Translations under genes and position numbers: made by a program | Shown: piece after piece, positions 1 through 12,073 of the stretch | Layout: each line of letters opens with the position of its first letter | Position numbering within the stretch: position 1 is the stretch's first letter | NCBI RefSeq assembly: GCF_003018235.1 | Contig: NZ_CP027437.1 | Source: Escherichia coli | Lineage (GTDB): Bacteria > Pseudomonadota > Gammaproteobacteria > Enterobacterales > Enterobacteriaceae | Length of the DNA stretch: 64,000 nucleotides | Strand: one strand, 5' to 3' | Notes under the pieces: model-generated | The model's input: the letters and a program-made list of their open reading frames with translations, nothing else | What the model was told of the DNA's origin: nothing | Database searches by the model: none

Positions 1-25
1 TGGCCAAATTTACTGTGCCACTACA
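1..25 (-). mobile_element. Terminal inverted repeat of an IS3-family insertion sequence (IS911-like end); the element runs off the left edge of the window
   Basis: The minus strand reads TGTAGTGGCACAGTAAATTTGGCCA. It starts with TG and matches about 22 of 25 positions of the IS911 left IR as I remember it (TGAAGTGGCACACTGAATTTGGCCA). The terminase ORF stops looking protein-like exactly here and hits a stop 4 codons later. Confidence 0.45.
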
Positions 26-762
26 ATTTTTCCGTCACGGACATCACGGGCATACTTCAGCTTCTGCCTGAACACCCCGGCGGGTGGCTCATTCGACTGG
101 GTGGTCGTATACACCACAAACCCTTCCGGACGGGAGGCAAGTCCGCCAATGGCTTCACGTAACATGTCCTCTGCCCTGTACTGCTTGCCAAACAGCCACA
201 GTTCATCAATCAGTGTCCCCACAGACTTGATACCGGACACTGTATTCGGATCCGCAGCCACCACCTTCAGGGTGGTGTCCGTCATCCTGTGGGTGATGGT
301 ACGGATATGCGTCTGCACCTGACAGAGATCATCCAGATCATCATCCCACTTCACCATATCGCGGGCGGGATTGAAGGCATTGGTGGCAACCTCCACGGTC
401 GGTGCCAGAATGGTGTAGCCCGCCGCCTGCCGCCAGTTCAGTAACAGCGCCGTCATCATGATCCCGGCGGCCAGCGTGGATTTGGAGTTTTTCTTGGGTA
501 TCAGAATGAACACTTCCTTGATATGGCGTACACCGGTCTGCGCATCACAGGAGCCAAACAGGGCCGCCACCAGGTCAAACACCCACGGGGCACAGGCCTG
601 CCCGAACGTCGGACTGCCCGGTGCATCAACAATCCGCAGTTGTTTAAAAATCGCCAGTGCCTGCGCGGCCTGGTCCGGATAAATGGGGGCCGGAATTATC
701 GACTGCCCTTTTTTCAGGCGCTCTGCCCAGTCCGGACAGGCGGTGGTCCATACAGGCGTCAT
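10..762 (-). pseudogene. Terminase large subunit, N-terminal ~245 codons only, truncated by the IS end at 1-25
   Basis: A 250-aa ORF directly downstream of and overlapping the small-subunit gene. It has an ATPase-like segment (VFILIPKKNSKSTL). TerL proteins are normally about twice this length. The last codons (VVAQ*) are read from the IS inverted repeat. Confidence 0.65.
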
Positions 763-1337
763 TCATTTTCCTCACGGTTGTTATTCACCACCAGACGGGG
801 TGGCGGCGCAGGTGTGGCAAAACGGTTAGCCGCTTTTTTTGCCGCATCACCTTTTGCCGATTTTTTACCGGCATCCCCTTTTTTATGGTGCGTGAACTGC
901 GCCAGTCGCCAGGCCGCATCCAGCGCCAGTTTCGGATCAACGCTGAGGTTTTCCACCAGAATACGCCCCATGGCTTTCACCGGATCCGGAAGGCCGTCCT
1001 CCATGTAATCAACGCCTGGTATGGCGTCAGGTAGTGGCGGCAGAGGTTTATCGTCATCCTTCGCTGGTGAGGCCCGTGTTTTCTTTTCTGCTGCCCTGGA
1101 GCCCCGGTGATTATCCTCTGTCTGTATTTTTTTCTGCCGGTAAACAGGAACCTCATCCACCTCCACCGTTTCACACTGCTTACGGGTCATAAACGCGAGC
1201 ACTTCAGGATCTTTTGCCAGCTGAGAACCTTTACATCTGGCGGACTTTTCTGAATAGCCAGCTTCAATGGCGGAAGCCGTTCTGTTTTTACCCGACATCA
1301 GCGCCAGCGCAAATTTTCGTTTTTGCGTCGTCAGCAT
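759..1337 (-). CDS. Terminase small subunit
   Basis: Internal ATG at 1337 preceded by GGAGGGAGGA. The N-terminus MLTTQKRKFALALMSGKNRTASAIEAGYSEKSA is typical of the phage terminase small subunit family. A 4-nt overlap links it to the downstream large subunit. Confidence 0.7.
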   Translation of the reverse strand: MLTTQKRKFALALMSGKNRTASAIEAGYSEKSARCKGSQLAKDPEVLAFMTRKQCETVEVDEVPVYRQKKIQTEDNHRGSRAAEKKTRASPAKDDDKPLPPLPDAIPGVDYMEDGLPDPVKAMGRILVENLSVDPKLALDAAWRLAQFTHHKKGDAGKKSAKGDAAKKAANRFATPAPPPRLVVNNNREENE

Positions 1338-1620
1338 TCCTCCCTCCGGGAAAACACAGAAAAATTTCAGCAATACCCCCGGTGAGAATGGATGCAACAG
1401 GGGAAATGTTTACCGCTGCCCTGTAAACATTTTGCGAGAAAAGGGTATAAACATTTTTCTCCCGCAACATAATGAATTCAAAAGTAAAAAACGCAGAAAA
1501 TCATCATAATGGTATAAACATGTTTATAACTTCTGAACGGGAATTTTTTCTCTGCATGAGAGGGGGCGCGGTGTCCGTGGCGATCGTCTTTTTTGCCGGA
1601 AGATACCCCCCCGGGTCTGG

Positions 1621-1986
1621 TCAGAGTCCGATGATACCGTCGGGTCTGTCGGCACCACCGGGCACTTCCGGCAACGTCGTGTCCGGCATGCCGCTCGCCA
1701 TCTCACGGGCTGACTTCAGACGATGACATTCGGTACAGAGCGTCCAGAGATTCGTATCCTCATTACCACCACCGAACTGAAGTGCAATGCGGTGATCGAG
1801 TTCACTGTCACAGAGGTCAACCACACGACCACAGAGACAGCACTGTCCGGCGTCCCTCAGCCAGATATTACGCTTGAGGGAAACACGGGCACTGCCACTG
1901 ACACGACGCTGTTCACTCTTCAGAATATTCACCCGTTGGGTATTCAGTGTTTTGATTCTGCTCTGGAGTGTACGAAGCTCAGGCAT
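1621..1986 (-). CDS. HNH endonuclease (terminase-associated type)
   Basis: Motif CCLCGRVV...DHRIALQFGGGNEDTNLWTLCTECH (HNH with Cys pairs). It sits just upstream of the terminase genes, as in HK97-like cos phages. Confidence 0.8.
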   Translation of the reverse strand: MPELRTLQSRIKTLNTQRVNILKSEQRRVSGSARVSLKRNIWLRDAGQCCLCGRVVDLCDSELDHRIALQFGGGNEDTNLWTLCTECHRLKSAREMASGMPDTTLPEVPGGADRPDGIIGL

Positions 1987-2028
1987 GTAAAATTCCCGTC
2001 ATATGGCACATCATTAAAGGAAATAAAT

Positions 2029-2200
2029 ATGTCATCGAAAAACCGGACCCGCAGAACAACAACCCGCAATATCCGTTTCCCGAATCACATGATTGAGCAG
2101 ATCAATATCTGCACTTGAACACAAAGGGGCCGGTAATTTTTCTGCCTGGGTTATTGAAGCCTGTCGCCGGAGACTGACAACAGACAGAAAGACATGCTAA
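2029..2200 (+). pseudogene. YnfO/YlcI-family small prophage protein, frameshifted
   Basis: MSSKNRTRRTTTRNIRFPNHMIEQINI reads in one frame and stops at 2116-2118. The expected continuation ALEHKGAGNFSAWVIEACRRRLTTDRKTC* lies in the +1 frame from 2111. An extra base near 2110 would explain this. Family recognised from memory of K-12 ynfO/ylcI. Confidence 0.6.
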
Positions 2201-2963
2201 TCGCGCAACAGTTGCAAAGAATGAGAGGCTCTGACCGTTTTCAATGATGAGGGACATGACGGCTTCTCATTCGGTATTTTTACGCATCAGGATTTCGTGC
2301 ACATCAATGGCAATGCTGTTTTCAATTTTTCTCTCTGGTCAGACTGAAAACAACCGTCGCCGAAGGTGGTGTTATCGCCTCTGTATCAATCCGGACAGAC
2401 AATTGCCCGTCCAGCAATTCACCATTTACAGCAATACCAAAACCTGCGAATAACTCACTTTTATAAATTCGTGCCAGCTGGAATTTCATCTTCTCACATC
2501 TCCATGCGCATGTTTATCTCAGCCACGTAACGCTCCTGCTTGTCGAAAGCCCCGTGGGCACAAACAAAAGAGCAGGATAAAAGACTAAAATAACTCTGGT
2601 ATTACTTATTATTTCACAGACAGTTATTCAATATTTAGCATGAAAGTTTACTATTAGTCATTATTACTTGTGATAACATCTGCCACCACAGGTTGCAACG
2701 GGCGTTACTGTCACTGCGATGTAAAATTACACATCGTGAATATATACATAAATATAATAAAATATTTTAACATTACGGAATATCCGACAAAATGATAACA
2801 ACTTCAGATTAAATCAATTTTATGCATTACGTGAAAAATCAGCACTTATATCAAAATAAACAGATAAATCAGCCAACAAAAATAACGAATTGAACAACAG
2901 CATAAAAATAAGATAAAAATATAAACGCTAAGATAAACCACTCTTCAATTCGTGCCATTTTAT

Positions 2964-2989
2964 GCCGCATATCACCTGCGGCTTTTTTT
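2964..2989 (+). terminator. Rho-independent terminator (plus strand)
   Basis: GCCGCA-tatcacc-TGCGGC hairpin followed by T7. Confidence 0.5.
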
Positions 2990-3197
2990 ATTCCATGTCA
3001 GTACTGAGTGTTCCGGTTTCTTCCACCATCGCACCGGACAGGCGACCATGTGGGTGCAGTCCGCGTCCTGTTTACGCGGCAAAACCCGGTGTGCATCGTT
3101 TCTGATTATTCCCGCACACTCGCGCAGAGGATTCTCCCCGTCGGGCTGCGGTCTCTGTTAATGCGGGAATACGGCGACGATACGGCGCATGGTTATG

Positions 3198-3746
3198 TCA
3201 GGCTGAAATGCCTTTCTCAAATCCGGGTAACGCAATCTGCCCCTGCTGCTCCAGCCTGTCCATCCTTGCCAGCAACTGAGGCTTCTTCACCCTGCCCCAG
3301 CGATTGAGCAAACGACCTGACATACTGGCGACATCTTTCTCTTTCATGTACTCCAACATTACAGCGTTGCGTTCAGCTTCATAACTTTCACTGAACTTAC
3401 GGAGTTCAGCGGACATCCAGTTAAAGGCATTAATATAGGCCTCTTTAACGGCATCAGCTTTTGCCCCGTTAAATCCCATGACCAACATAACGAAGCCGCT
3501 AAAGTCCATGCGGTAGTAAATCTGCTTCTTGTCGAAAATCCCTAAGTCATTGATTTTCTCGACGGCCCAAAAATGGGTTGTCGAGAACTCCTCAGAACAT
3601 CTCAAACATTTAATAGCCCTAATCACATGCTGATGGCGTTTACCAAATGCCCTGGCAATCTGGAAGGTGTCAGTTACCGGTTGACCTTCTGCTGCGGTAA
3701 CTAACTGGCGAAAGTCGAAGTCATGATTCGCAATTAATTCATTCAT
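3198..3746 (-). CDS. Rha-family phage regulatory protein
   Basis: MNELIANHDFDFRQLVTAAEGQPVTDTFQIARAFGKRHQHVIRAI matches the Rha N-terminal domain pattern. Start taken at the ATG at 3746. Confidence 0.7.
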   Translation of the reverse strand: MNELIANHDFDFRQLVTAAEGQPVTDTFQIARAFGKRHQHVIRAIKCLRCSEEFSTTHFWAVEKINDLGIFDKKQIYYRMDFSGFVMLVMGFNGAKADAVKEAYINAFNWMSAELRKFSESYEAERNAVMLEYMKEKDVASMSGRLLNRWGRVKKPQLLARMDRLEQQGQIALPGFEKGISA

Positions 3747-3964
3747 GGCGTTGCCTGCTTCTTTGAAATGAACCTTTGCCACACAGGAAACCAGCCCACC
3801 GAGGCTCGCCAGCACTAACTGGTATCCTCAAAGGCCCATTCCAAAGGGTCAGGTTCGGTGTTTATTGTGCGCTGCGGTGCGCGGTGAAATACCTGTACAA
3901 AAATACGCCGCATCTGCGAGGCATTTTCCTGAAAGTCACTTGTTAAATTTCAGTGAAATTAAAA

Positions 3965-4423
3965 TTATTTTAAGCACTGCGTCCTGATGTATTCCTGCAG
4001 GTAGTTAACCTGCGCGGTTATCTTGTCGATTCCACTTCGGAGACGGTAATAATTAAGTTCAGCATCTGCTGTAAGTCCTGGGCTTTCTCCATCGCCCATG
4101 CTGCTGGCTCCGGTCGTTGACTTTGCACAGGTGGCGGCGACTTGCAGGCGCTTACGACCAGCGGCAACATCAGCGCGCAGAGTTTCATTTTCAGCTCTCG
4201 CATCGGCTAACTCCTTTGTGTATTTTGCATCAAGTGCAGCAACATCACGCTGACGCTGCTGCATGTCAGTAATGGTGGCGTCAGCCAGCTTCAGTTCTCT
4301 GACTTTTTTATCGCGCTGCGCTTTGTAAGTGATGGCATTATCGCGGTAATGGTCTGTTGCCAGCCACAGCGCACCGCAGGCCACCAGCAGGACAATAATC
4401 AACACATACAGAACACGGTTCAT
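3965..4423 (-). CDS. Rz i-spanin
   Basis: N-terminal TM helix ([18 protein letters not shown]), then a coiled-coil-like periplasmic domain. It lies downstream of the endolysin and contains an embedded +1-frame lipoprotein ORF. Confidence 0.8.
   Translation of the reverse strand: MNRVLYVLIIVLLVACGALWLATDHYRDNAITYKAQRDKKVRELKLADATITDMQQRQRDVAALDAKYTKELADARAENETLRADVAAGRKRLQVAATCAKSTTGASSMGDGESPGLTADAELNYYRLRSGIDKITAQVNYLQEYIRTQCLK
4018..4188 (-). CDS. Rz1 o-spanin lipoprotein, embedded in Rz
   Basis: [15 protein letters not shown] lipobox followed by a proline-rich mature peptide. It lies entirely inside Rz in another frame. Confidence 0.75.
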   Translation of the reverse strand: MKLCALMLPLVVSACKSPPPVQSQRPEPAAWAMEKAQDLQQMLNLIITVSEVESTR

Positions 4424-4424
4424 A

Positions 4425-4523
4425 TCACCACCAGCGTATCTGACCAATAAAATAACCAGAGGCCATAATCACAAACACCAGCCAGATAAGGATGAACTTC
4501 CAGGTGGATAATTTTTCAGCCAT
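4425..4523 (-). CDS. Possible 32-aa single-TM peptide between endolysin and Rz
   Basis: [32 protein letters not shown] with GGGAGA upstream. Its TGA stop sits 1 nt before the Rz ATG. The ORF is short and unverified. Confidence 0.3.
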   Translation of the reverse strand: MAEKLSTWKFILIWLVFVIMASGYFIGQIRWW

Positions 4524-4721
4524 CACTCGTATCTCCCGAATCAGTTTGCTAAAATCAAACACACTTTCTCCTTTGACTTTTCCGGAGTCTGGAAATACAA
4601 GAACCCCGCTTGCGGCCAACAAACGGGGTTTTACTTTTATTCACTTACGTTTTGCCAGTTCGCAGGATTTTGTGTTTTCCGCTCGCGTTGGCCAACGTCA
4701 TTTTTCAGCAAAATATTCTGC

Positions 4722-5255
4722 TTATCTGTCGATACCCCAGCACGCCAGCGCACTCTCCTGGTCACGCCGGGATACCTGACCGTAGCAGTTATTTGAGCGG
4801 ATACGGCAGTCTCTGCCACCGTCCTTGATCCACCAGCGAATCGCCTCGCAGGCTCCCTTGCGATCACCGGCATTAATCCGTCTGTAAAACGTCGACGGAA
4901 AACACTTACCGGGACCAATGTTGTACGGGCAGAATGACGCAATGCCCGCCTTCTGCGGTTCGGTCAGCGGCACTTTGATGTTTTTCTCCACCCATGCCAG
5001 CGCCTTATCCCGTTCGATGGCATTAACCTGGTCGCATTCTTCCTCCGACAGCTTCATGCCAGGAACAACAGGCTTACCATCCACCAGAATGGCACCACGG
5101 CAGATGGTCCAGATACCAGTACCATCACGGTATGCCGTGGTGTGGTTACCTTCTTTTTCATCCAGAAACTGGTCAAGGATTTCAGGCGCAGACGCCCCTG
5201 CGGCAATCAGCGCCAGAACGGCAGCTGACAGACCGTATCTGATTTTTGCGTTCAT
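4722..5255 (-). CDS. SAR endolysin (phage-21 R-type lysozyme)
   Basis: The N-terminal signal-anchor-release helix (YGLSAAVLALIAAGASA) is followed by the EG...T lysozyme catalytic region (EKEGNHTTAYRDGTGIWTICRG). It is paired with an S21-type pinholin upstream. Confidence 0.85.
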   Translation of the reverse strand: MNAKIRYGLSAAVLALIAAGASAPEILDQFLDEKEGNHTTAYRDGTGIWTICRGAILVDGKPVVPGMKLSEEECDQVNAIERDKALAWVEKNIKVPLTEPQKAGIASFCPYNIGPGKCFPSTFYRRINAGDRKGACEAIRWWIKDGGRDCRIRSNNCYGQVSRRDQESALACWGIDR

Positions 5256-5297
5256 GGATATTTATCAGGATTTACCGGCCACAGATAACATGCCAAC

Positions 5298-5926
5298 TCA
5301 TATACGCCCTTTGAGATAAGTCAGGCCCGGCTGGATCCAGTCATCAGGCGCTTTCTTAAAGGGTGGCGTATTGAAATCACAAAGAAGAGCCTCCCGCACC
5401 GCAGCATCCCTGTCTGCACCACTGGCAAGTGCTTCAATCTCTGCCGCCACCTGCAGATACCCCATGCAACGGCCAATGCGTTTCATAACCCTGGTGTTTT
5501 CGTCTTTCAGGCATCCAATAGCGAGATCAATAATTTTCAGGCAATGATGATTGCGATGCCGGACAGGTTTCCCGTTCTCATAAACGACGAACTCACCTTC
5601 TTCACAGGAAACCCTGAAAGGCCGACGGGGTTCCTGGGCTTTATCCGGTGCAGACGCAATAAAATAGCGTTTATTGCCTTCCTCTCCGGCACTTTTAATC
5701 GTAATGGAGTACTTTTCTGACAATGTGGTCGGTGATAGCTTTTCCTGCAAAAAATTCGCAAAGGTCCTGCGAGCAACTTTGATGCAACCATCATAAAACG
5801 CCGCCTCCTGTTCATCGCGGCGTTTTTTTCATCTTCAGAAGTCACCAACACCGACAGTTTTTTATTCAGTTCGGCAATTTCATTTTCCAGGCGACTGAAG
5901 CACTGACTCATTTCTTCATGGTGCAT
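5298..5926 (-). pseudogene. Hypothetical gene between holin and endolysin, split across two frames at an A7 run
   Basis: Frame A (start at 5926) reads MHHEEMSQCFSRLENEIAELNKKLSVLVTSEDEK. It then degenerates into R-rich nonsense. The -1 frame opens at the A-run (plus-strand T7 at 5823-5829) and continues protein-like (KKRRDEQEAAFYDGCIKVARRTF...) to the stop at 5298. Confidence 0.5.
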
Positions 5927-5929
5927 TAT

Positions 5930-6145
5930 TTACTCTCCCCGTGCTGCCTTGCGACGGTCCTCTCTGATTTTAAAATACAGATTCGTCAGGTATGTCAGCA
6001 GACCAAACAGCAGACTCCCCAGCACGCCTATCGCCGCCCACTGGGACGGGGAGACCCTGTCCAGCAACTGCAGTAACCAGTACCCCGTTCCCGCCGCTGA
6101 CGTGGTGTATGACACCCCTGTTGTGATTTTTTCCATCTGGTACAT
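5930..6145 (-). CDS. Pinholin, S21 family, with a dual-start motif
   Basis: [71 protein letters not shown] closely resembles phage 21 S as remembered. It is 71 aa with two Met codons 3 apart. Confidence 0.85.
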   Translation of the reverse strand: MYQMEKITTGVSYTTSAAGTGYWLLQLLDRVSPSQWAAIGVLGSLLFGLLTYLTNLYFKIREDRRKAARGE

Positions 6146-6222
6146 ATCCCCGTCTCCCGTTCTCCGGAAGCGCACGATAACAAAAGGCCACAGCTGTATG
6201 CTGGTGGCCTGAGTATGAGGTG

Positions 6223-6528
6223 TTACAGCAACGTCGCCGGTTCCGGCTCCGGGGTACCCTCCGGTTGAGCTTCGGCTCCTGATGCAGTCTCCGGCTGTGC
6301 CGCACCGTTTTCCGCTGACGAGTCATCCGCCTGCGCATCCTCTCCGGCCGGTGCTCCCGGCTGCACTTCCGCAGGCCCGATAAGCTCATCCAGTATCGCT
6401 TCCACATCCGCATCAATCTGTGCCTCAAACGTTTTTCGGATGGTTTCCTTCAGTTTTCCCCGCACTTCTTCAGAGCGCAGTGCTGCCTTCACTGCATCTG
6501 CAGTGACCAGTTTGTTCAGTTCTGTCAT
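6223..6528 (-). CDS. Hypothetical acidic, Pro/Ala-rich protein
   Basis: ORF taken from the internal ATG ([22 protein letters not shown]...). It sits between nanS-p and the holin. Function unknown. Confidence 0.4.
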   Translation of the reverse strand: MTELNKLVTADAVKAALRSEEVRGKLKETIRKTFEAQIDADVEAILDELIGPAEVQPGAPAGEDAQADDSSAENGAAQPETASGAEAQPEGTPEPEPATLL

Positions 6529-6565
6529 GGGATTTTCTCGCTGAGAGGTGTTGTTAAGAATACTG

Positions 6566-6748
6566 TTATGGAATGAGCGGACCTTCCGGCTTTGTTCCGC
6601 CAGCCTGGCCGGTGCTGATTTTTTCCGCCGCTGCAGCATCAATCTTTTTACGAATATAGTTACGGATTATCTTATACCCGCCACTCACCAGATATAATGC
6701 GCAGACCACCGTGCAGAAATACAATAAAATCAGCTGTAAAAATGTCAT
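6566..6748 (-). CDS. Small membrane protein
   Basis: A 60-aa ORF with a GGAG about 8 nt upstream and one clear TM helix (LQLILLYFCTVVCALYLV). Confidence 0.4.
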   Translation of the reverse strand: MTFLQLILLYFCTVVCALYLVSGGYKIIRNYIRKKIDAAAAEKISTGQAGGTKPEGPLIP

Positions 6749-6884
6749 TATTCATCTCCATTATTGACCGTTAAATGCCTTCCGGTTTAGAAATATCTGC
6801 GCCTATTAACCTTTAATTGGCATATCCATCGTTTGACCTTGCTGCCGGTTCAGGGCACTTTCCCCGGCAGCGTTTTTTTTATCC

Positions 6885-8897
6885 TCACGCCGCTTCCGCA
6901 GCCGCATTCACCGCCACACTCAGGGTTTCCACTTCAATACTGTAAGTATCACCCGATGTAATACTGCTTAACATCAGGGTATCCCCGGCAGACACCGCGG
7001 ATGGCGCACACAGCAGCGTCATGTCTCCTGCAGACTTACCACCATCCAGCGTCAGCGTTGCCCTGGCCGTGCCTCCGCCATGATAACGAAGATGTACGGT
7101 ATGCCATTCGTTATCAAATGCACCAAATGACCCAATCTTCAGGTTCCCTGCACTCTTCGTACTGCAGTGTGATAACAGGTTTATGCTGCTGCCATCCGTC
7201 TGCACATAGAAGTTGAGTACGGACGGGGTCATCCCGCTGCCTGCTTTATTGAATGTCACCCCGGCTGGTATCCTCTGCGCATCCGGAAGCCAGTAAAGAC
7301 CAAAGGCATAACGCCCCTCACTGAGGGCTGTATCCGTGATACGGAAACGACAGAAAAACTCACCACCGTTGTTCAGCAGCGCCGTCGGCTCATCTGTGGT
7401 GGCATGTTCAAGTTTCCAGGCTGCCCCGCTCTGTTTCGGAACACTCAGCACATTCTGCGCCAGCGCATCACCCGATGAAGTCACCGTGTTTGCCGTGGTG
7501 GTCACCGTGGTGCCTTCCACCGTCCATCCCTGTGCCGAAACATCCCCTCCGTCTGCACTCAGAATAATGGCAGCGGTGGCTGGTGTCGTTCCGGTAGCGT
7601 CATCACTTCCTGTTCCGGAAGTGCCTGTACCCACATCCGTACCCGCATCAGTGGACGAACCACCGTCACCGAATGCAGTGTCCGGAGAAGAAACTTCACC
7701 GGTAATGAAACCTGACGTACGTCCCGCGTGCACCAGAATGGCTGACGCAAGGCGGTCAGAAATGATGCCGCGACGCGCCCAGGTGCTGAAATGACTGTCC
7801 CGCTGTGTGGAGACCAGACTGCCCTGGGTTCGTGATGCCGCACCGTAATACCCCACGGCCACAATATCCGGGTCTTCCGCTGGCTGGTTCGTTGGCGTGT
7901 TTGCGCCGTTTTCATCTGTCAGGAACGGCACAAAGAAAATATTCTGTGCAGTCAGATTTTTATAGGCACCATACACCGCTTCATACTGTGTGCCATAAGT
8001 GGCCTTCCAGTAATATGTCGTGTCACCACAAATCCACGGCACCGTGGCGGCATTGCCACTCACGCACTGCGCAGCAAGTGAGGACAGGTCAGTCCGGAAC
8101 TGCTGAACCATGGCCGTGAATAACCCGTTATGCTGCTGACTGCCTGAAGCAAGGTCTGCCTCGCCCTGCATCCAGACCACCGCCAGCAGTCTGTTTTTCG
8201 GGTTCTTCGCCAGCGCCGCTTTTGTCCGGCTGACCATGTCCTGATACAGGGGTTTACCGGCACCCCAGCGTGCAGCGTCAGCGGATGCGCCGGTGACCTC
8301 ACTGAATGTGCCGTCAGCCCCGGTGGTGAATGCAGAACCACCACGGCAGCAGGGCACCAGAAGTATCCCTGCATTCTGCGGGATATACGACAGCAGTTTT
8401 TTGGCAATATGCAGCCCCTGACTGACACAGCCATACTGCCCCTTATTCAGGTCCGCTTTCGGATGATTAACACCGCTCATATCCTGTACATCATGCAGAC
8501 AATGGTCAGCCTGAATCACATCATTATATGCACAGGCTGCTCCACCCGGCGTCACCGTACTGCGACGCGCCAGCTGCTTAATGCGCGGGTCCGGCCGGTC
8601 ATAAGAGTCCGGTAAAGGAAGCCCCTCACCATAGGCCATGCCGTTTGACTGCCCGGCCAGTGCAACCACGTAGTAATACTCCGGCTCACTGGCAACAGTA
8701 ACGCTGATATCACCGCCCGGAACCACCACCGGTGTGGTGACGTCCCCTTCAGCCGCAATGGCCTGCATCAGGATATTGGGGGTGATGGCTACCGGACTGC
8801 CAAACGGCTGCCAGCCTTCTTTGATTTTCTTTGTCAGTTGCTCAGCAAGTCCTGACGCAGACCCTGCCCTGACAACATCGTAATGTTTAAATGTCAT
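6885..8897 (-). CDS. Prophage sialate O-acetylesterase (NanS-p type: DUF1737 N-terminus plus SASA esterase domain)
   Basis: MTFKHYDVVRAGSASGLAEQLTKKIKEGWQPFG is DUF1737-like. ALAGQSNGMAYGEG carries the GQSN esterase motif. The gene sits at the position downstream of Q and the tRNAs that nanS-p occupies in Stx-type lambdoid phages. Confidence 0.75.
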   Translation of the reverse strand: MTFKHYDVVRAGSASGLAEQLTKKIKEGWQPFGSPVAITPNILMQAIAAEGDVTTPVVVPGGDISVTVASEPEYYYVVALAGQSNGMAYGEGLPLPDSYDRPDPRIKQLARRSTVTPGGAACAYNDVIQADHCLHDVQDMSGVNHPKADLNKGQYGCVSQGLHIAKKLLSYIPQNAGILLVPCCRGGSAFTTGADGTFSEVTGASADAARWGAGKPLYQDMVSRTKAALAKNPKNRLLAVVWMQGEADLASGSQQHNGLFTAMVQQFRTDLSSLAAQCVSGNAATVPWICGDTTYYWKATYGTQYEAVYGAYKNLTAQNIFFVPFLTDENGANTPTNQPAEDPDIVAVGYYGAASRTQGSLVSTQRDSHFSTWARRGIISDRLASAILVHAGRTSGFITGEVSSPDTAFGDGGSSTDAGTDVGTGTSGTGSDDATGTTPATAAIILSADGGDVSAQGWTVEGTTVTTTANTVTSSGDALAQNVLSVPKQSGAAWKLEHATTDEPTALLNNGGEFFCRFRITDTALSEGRYAFGLYWLPDAQRIPAGVTFNKAGSGMTPSVLNFYVQTDGSSINLLSHCSTKSAGNLKIGSFGAFDNEWHTVHLRYHGGGTARATLTLDGGKSAGDMTLLCAPSAVSAGDTLMLSSITSGDTYSIEVETLSVAVNAAAEAA

Positions 8898-9302
8898 GGG
8901 TTCTCCCCCTGTTGTAAACAACAATTCTTATGTACATACTTTTCCGGCCATCCTGTAAATCAAAATGCAAAAAATAAAACACTCACAATGTAAAAAATTG
9001 TTTCATTGTAACCACTGGTTTCATAAAAACTCATAATCGGAAGCCTGATTATCAGCCTTCCGATTCACAGACATCAAAAGAGCGAAACAATTAGTACCAA
9101 AATGATACAAAAAAATAAAACCCACCTTAAAAAACTAAATAAACCGATCTTTTTCAATGAGTTACAACAAGCCCTAGACTATGTTTTGTCTGTAAAAACA
9201 TCAAAGTCGATGTGCACAAGAAGGTTGAAAAAGATGGAATGGATAGTTATTGACACAGTGATATGCTCATCAAGCGGAATAACGTTTTCAACTGTGTGGT
9301 GT

Positions 9303-9329
9303 AAAATAAAACTGATACTCTGGTATCAG
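9303..9329 (-). terminator. Rho-independent terminator
   Basis: Minus strand: CTGATAC-CAGA-GTATCAG followed by TTTTATTTT, immediately after the stop of the 77-aa ORF. Confidence 0.55.
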
Positions 9330-9563
9330 TCAGATGTATTCCTGCCACCGGGGAGTGTTTTCACACCTGTTAATTCTGGTTCTGGTGTGATTCTGGACAA
9401 TAAACTGCTTCCCATAACCATTTATAACGTTACCCCGTTTAACAGAAACTTCTGGTTCATCATCAAAAATAACAAAGAGTGCCCCGGAAAATCCGTAAAA
9501 AGAAAATGCCCTAACAACAACTGTGTGCTGGTAATATGTCCATACGGGCATAAGTGACGACAT
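9330..9563 (-). CDS. Hypothetical 77-aa protein (moron-like)
   Basis: ATG at 9563 lies just downstream of the intron 3' end. The ORF is beta-strand-like ([19 protein letters not shown]) and is followed directly by its own terminator. No family recognised. Confidence 0.35.
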   Translation of the reverse strand: MSSLMPVWTYYQHTVVVRAFSFYGFSGALFVIFDDEPEVSVKRGNVINGYGKQFIVQNHTRTRINRCENTPRWQEYI

Positions 9564-9648
9564 ATGGATGCATTTCAGATGATATTCACCTTGAGGTGCA
9601 TCCGCATAATCTGGATAGGAGCTGATCTCACGATCAGCTTCCTCCCAC

Positions 9649-9680
9649 ACCACCGTACGTACGGGGCCGTATACGGCGGT
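9649..9680 (-). other. Group II intron domain V
   Basis: ACCGCCGUAU-ACG-GCCC-CGU-AC-GUACGGUGGU folds as a 10-bp lower helix, a 2-nt 3' bulge, a 3-bp upper helix and a tetraloop. The CCGUAU...ACGUACGG consensus is present. A CGC triad replaces AGC, as in class C introns. Confidence 0.75.
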
Positions 9681-9704
9681 TCGGTTATGTTGATCGTCGC
9701 CTGC

Positions 9705-12068
<2,364 letters not shown>

Positions 12069-12073
12069 CCTTA
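12069..12073. repeat. IS100 target-site duplication, right copy (CCTTA)
   Basis: Identical pentamer abutting the IS right end. Confidence 0.85.

Noticed and set aside
2327-2497. 57-codon minus-strand ORF (MKFQLARIYKSELFAGFG...) that could extend by a frameshift at an A5 run
   Set aside because: It is below the ORF-track threshold, no family is recognised, and the frameshift extension is speculative.
2600-2960. Very AT-rich, ORF-poor stretch between the HNH/ynfO region and Rha, considered as a cos site or packaging region
   Set aside because: The position is plausible for cos in HNH-dependent HK97-like packaging. I cannot identify cohesive-end or terminase-binding sequences by eye, so I make no call.
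9102-9557. 151-aa AT-rich plus-strand ORF
   Set aside because: It is antisense to the 77-aa minus-strand ORF, which has a start just past the intron and its own terminator. It has no Shine-Dalgarno and an odd composition (Cys/Lys/Asn-rich). It cannot be fully excluded.
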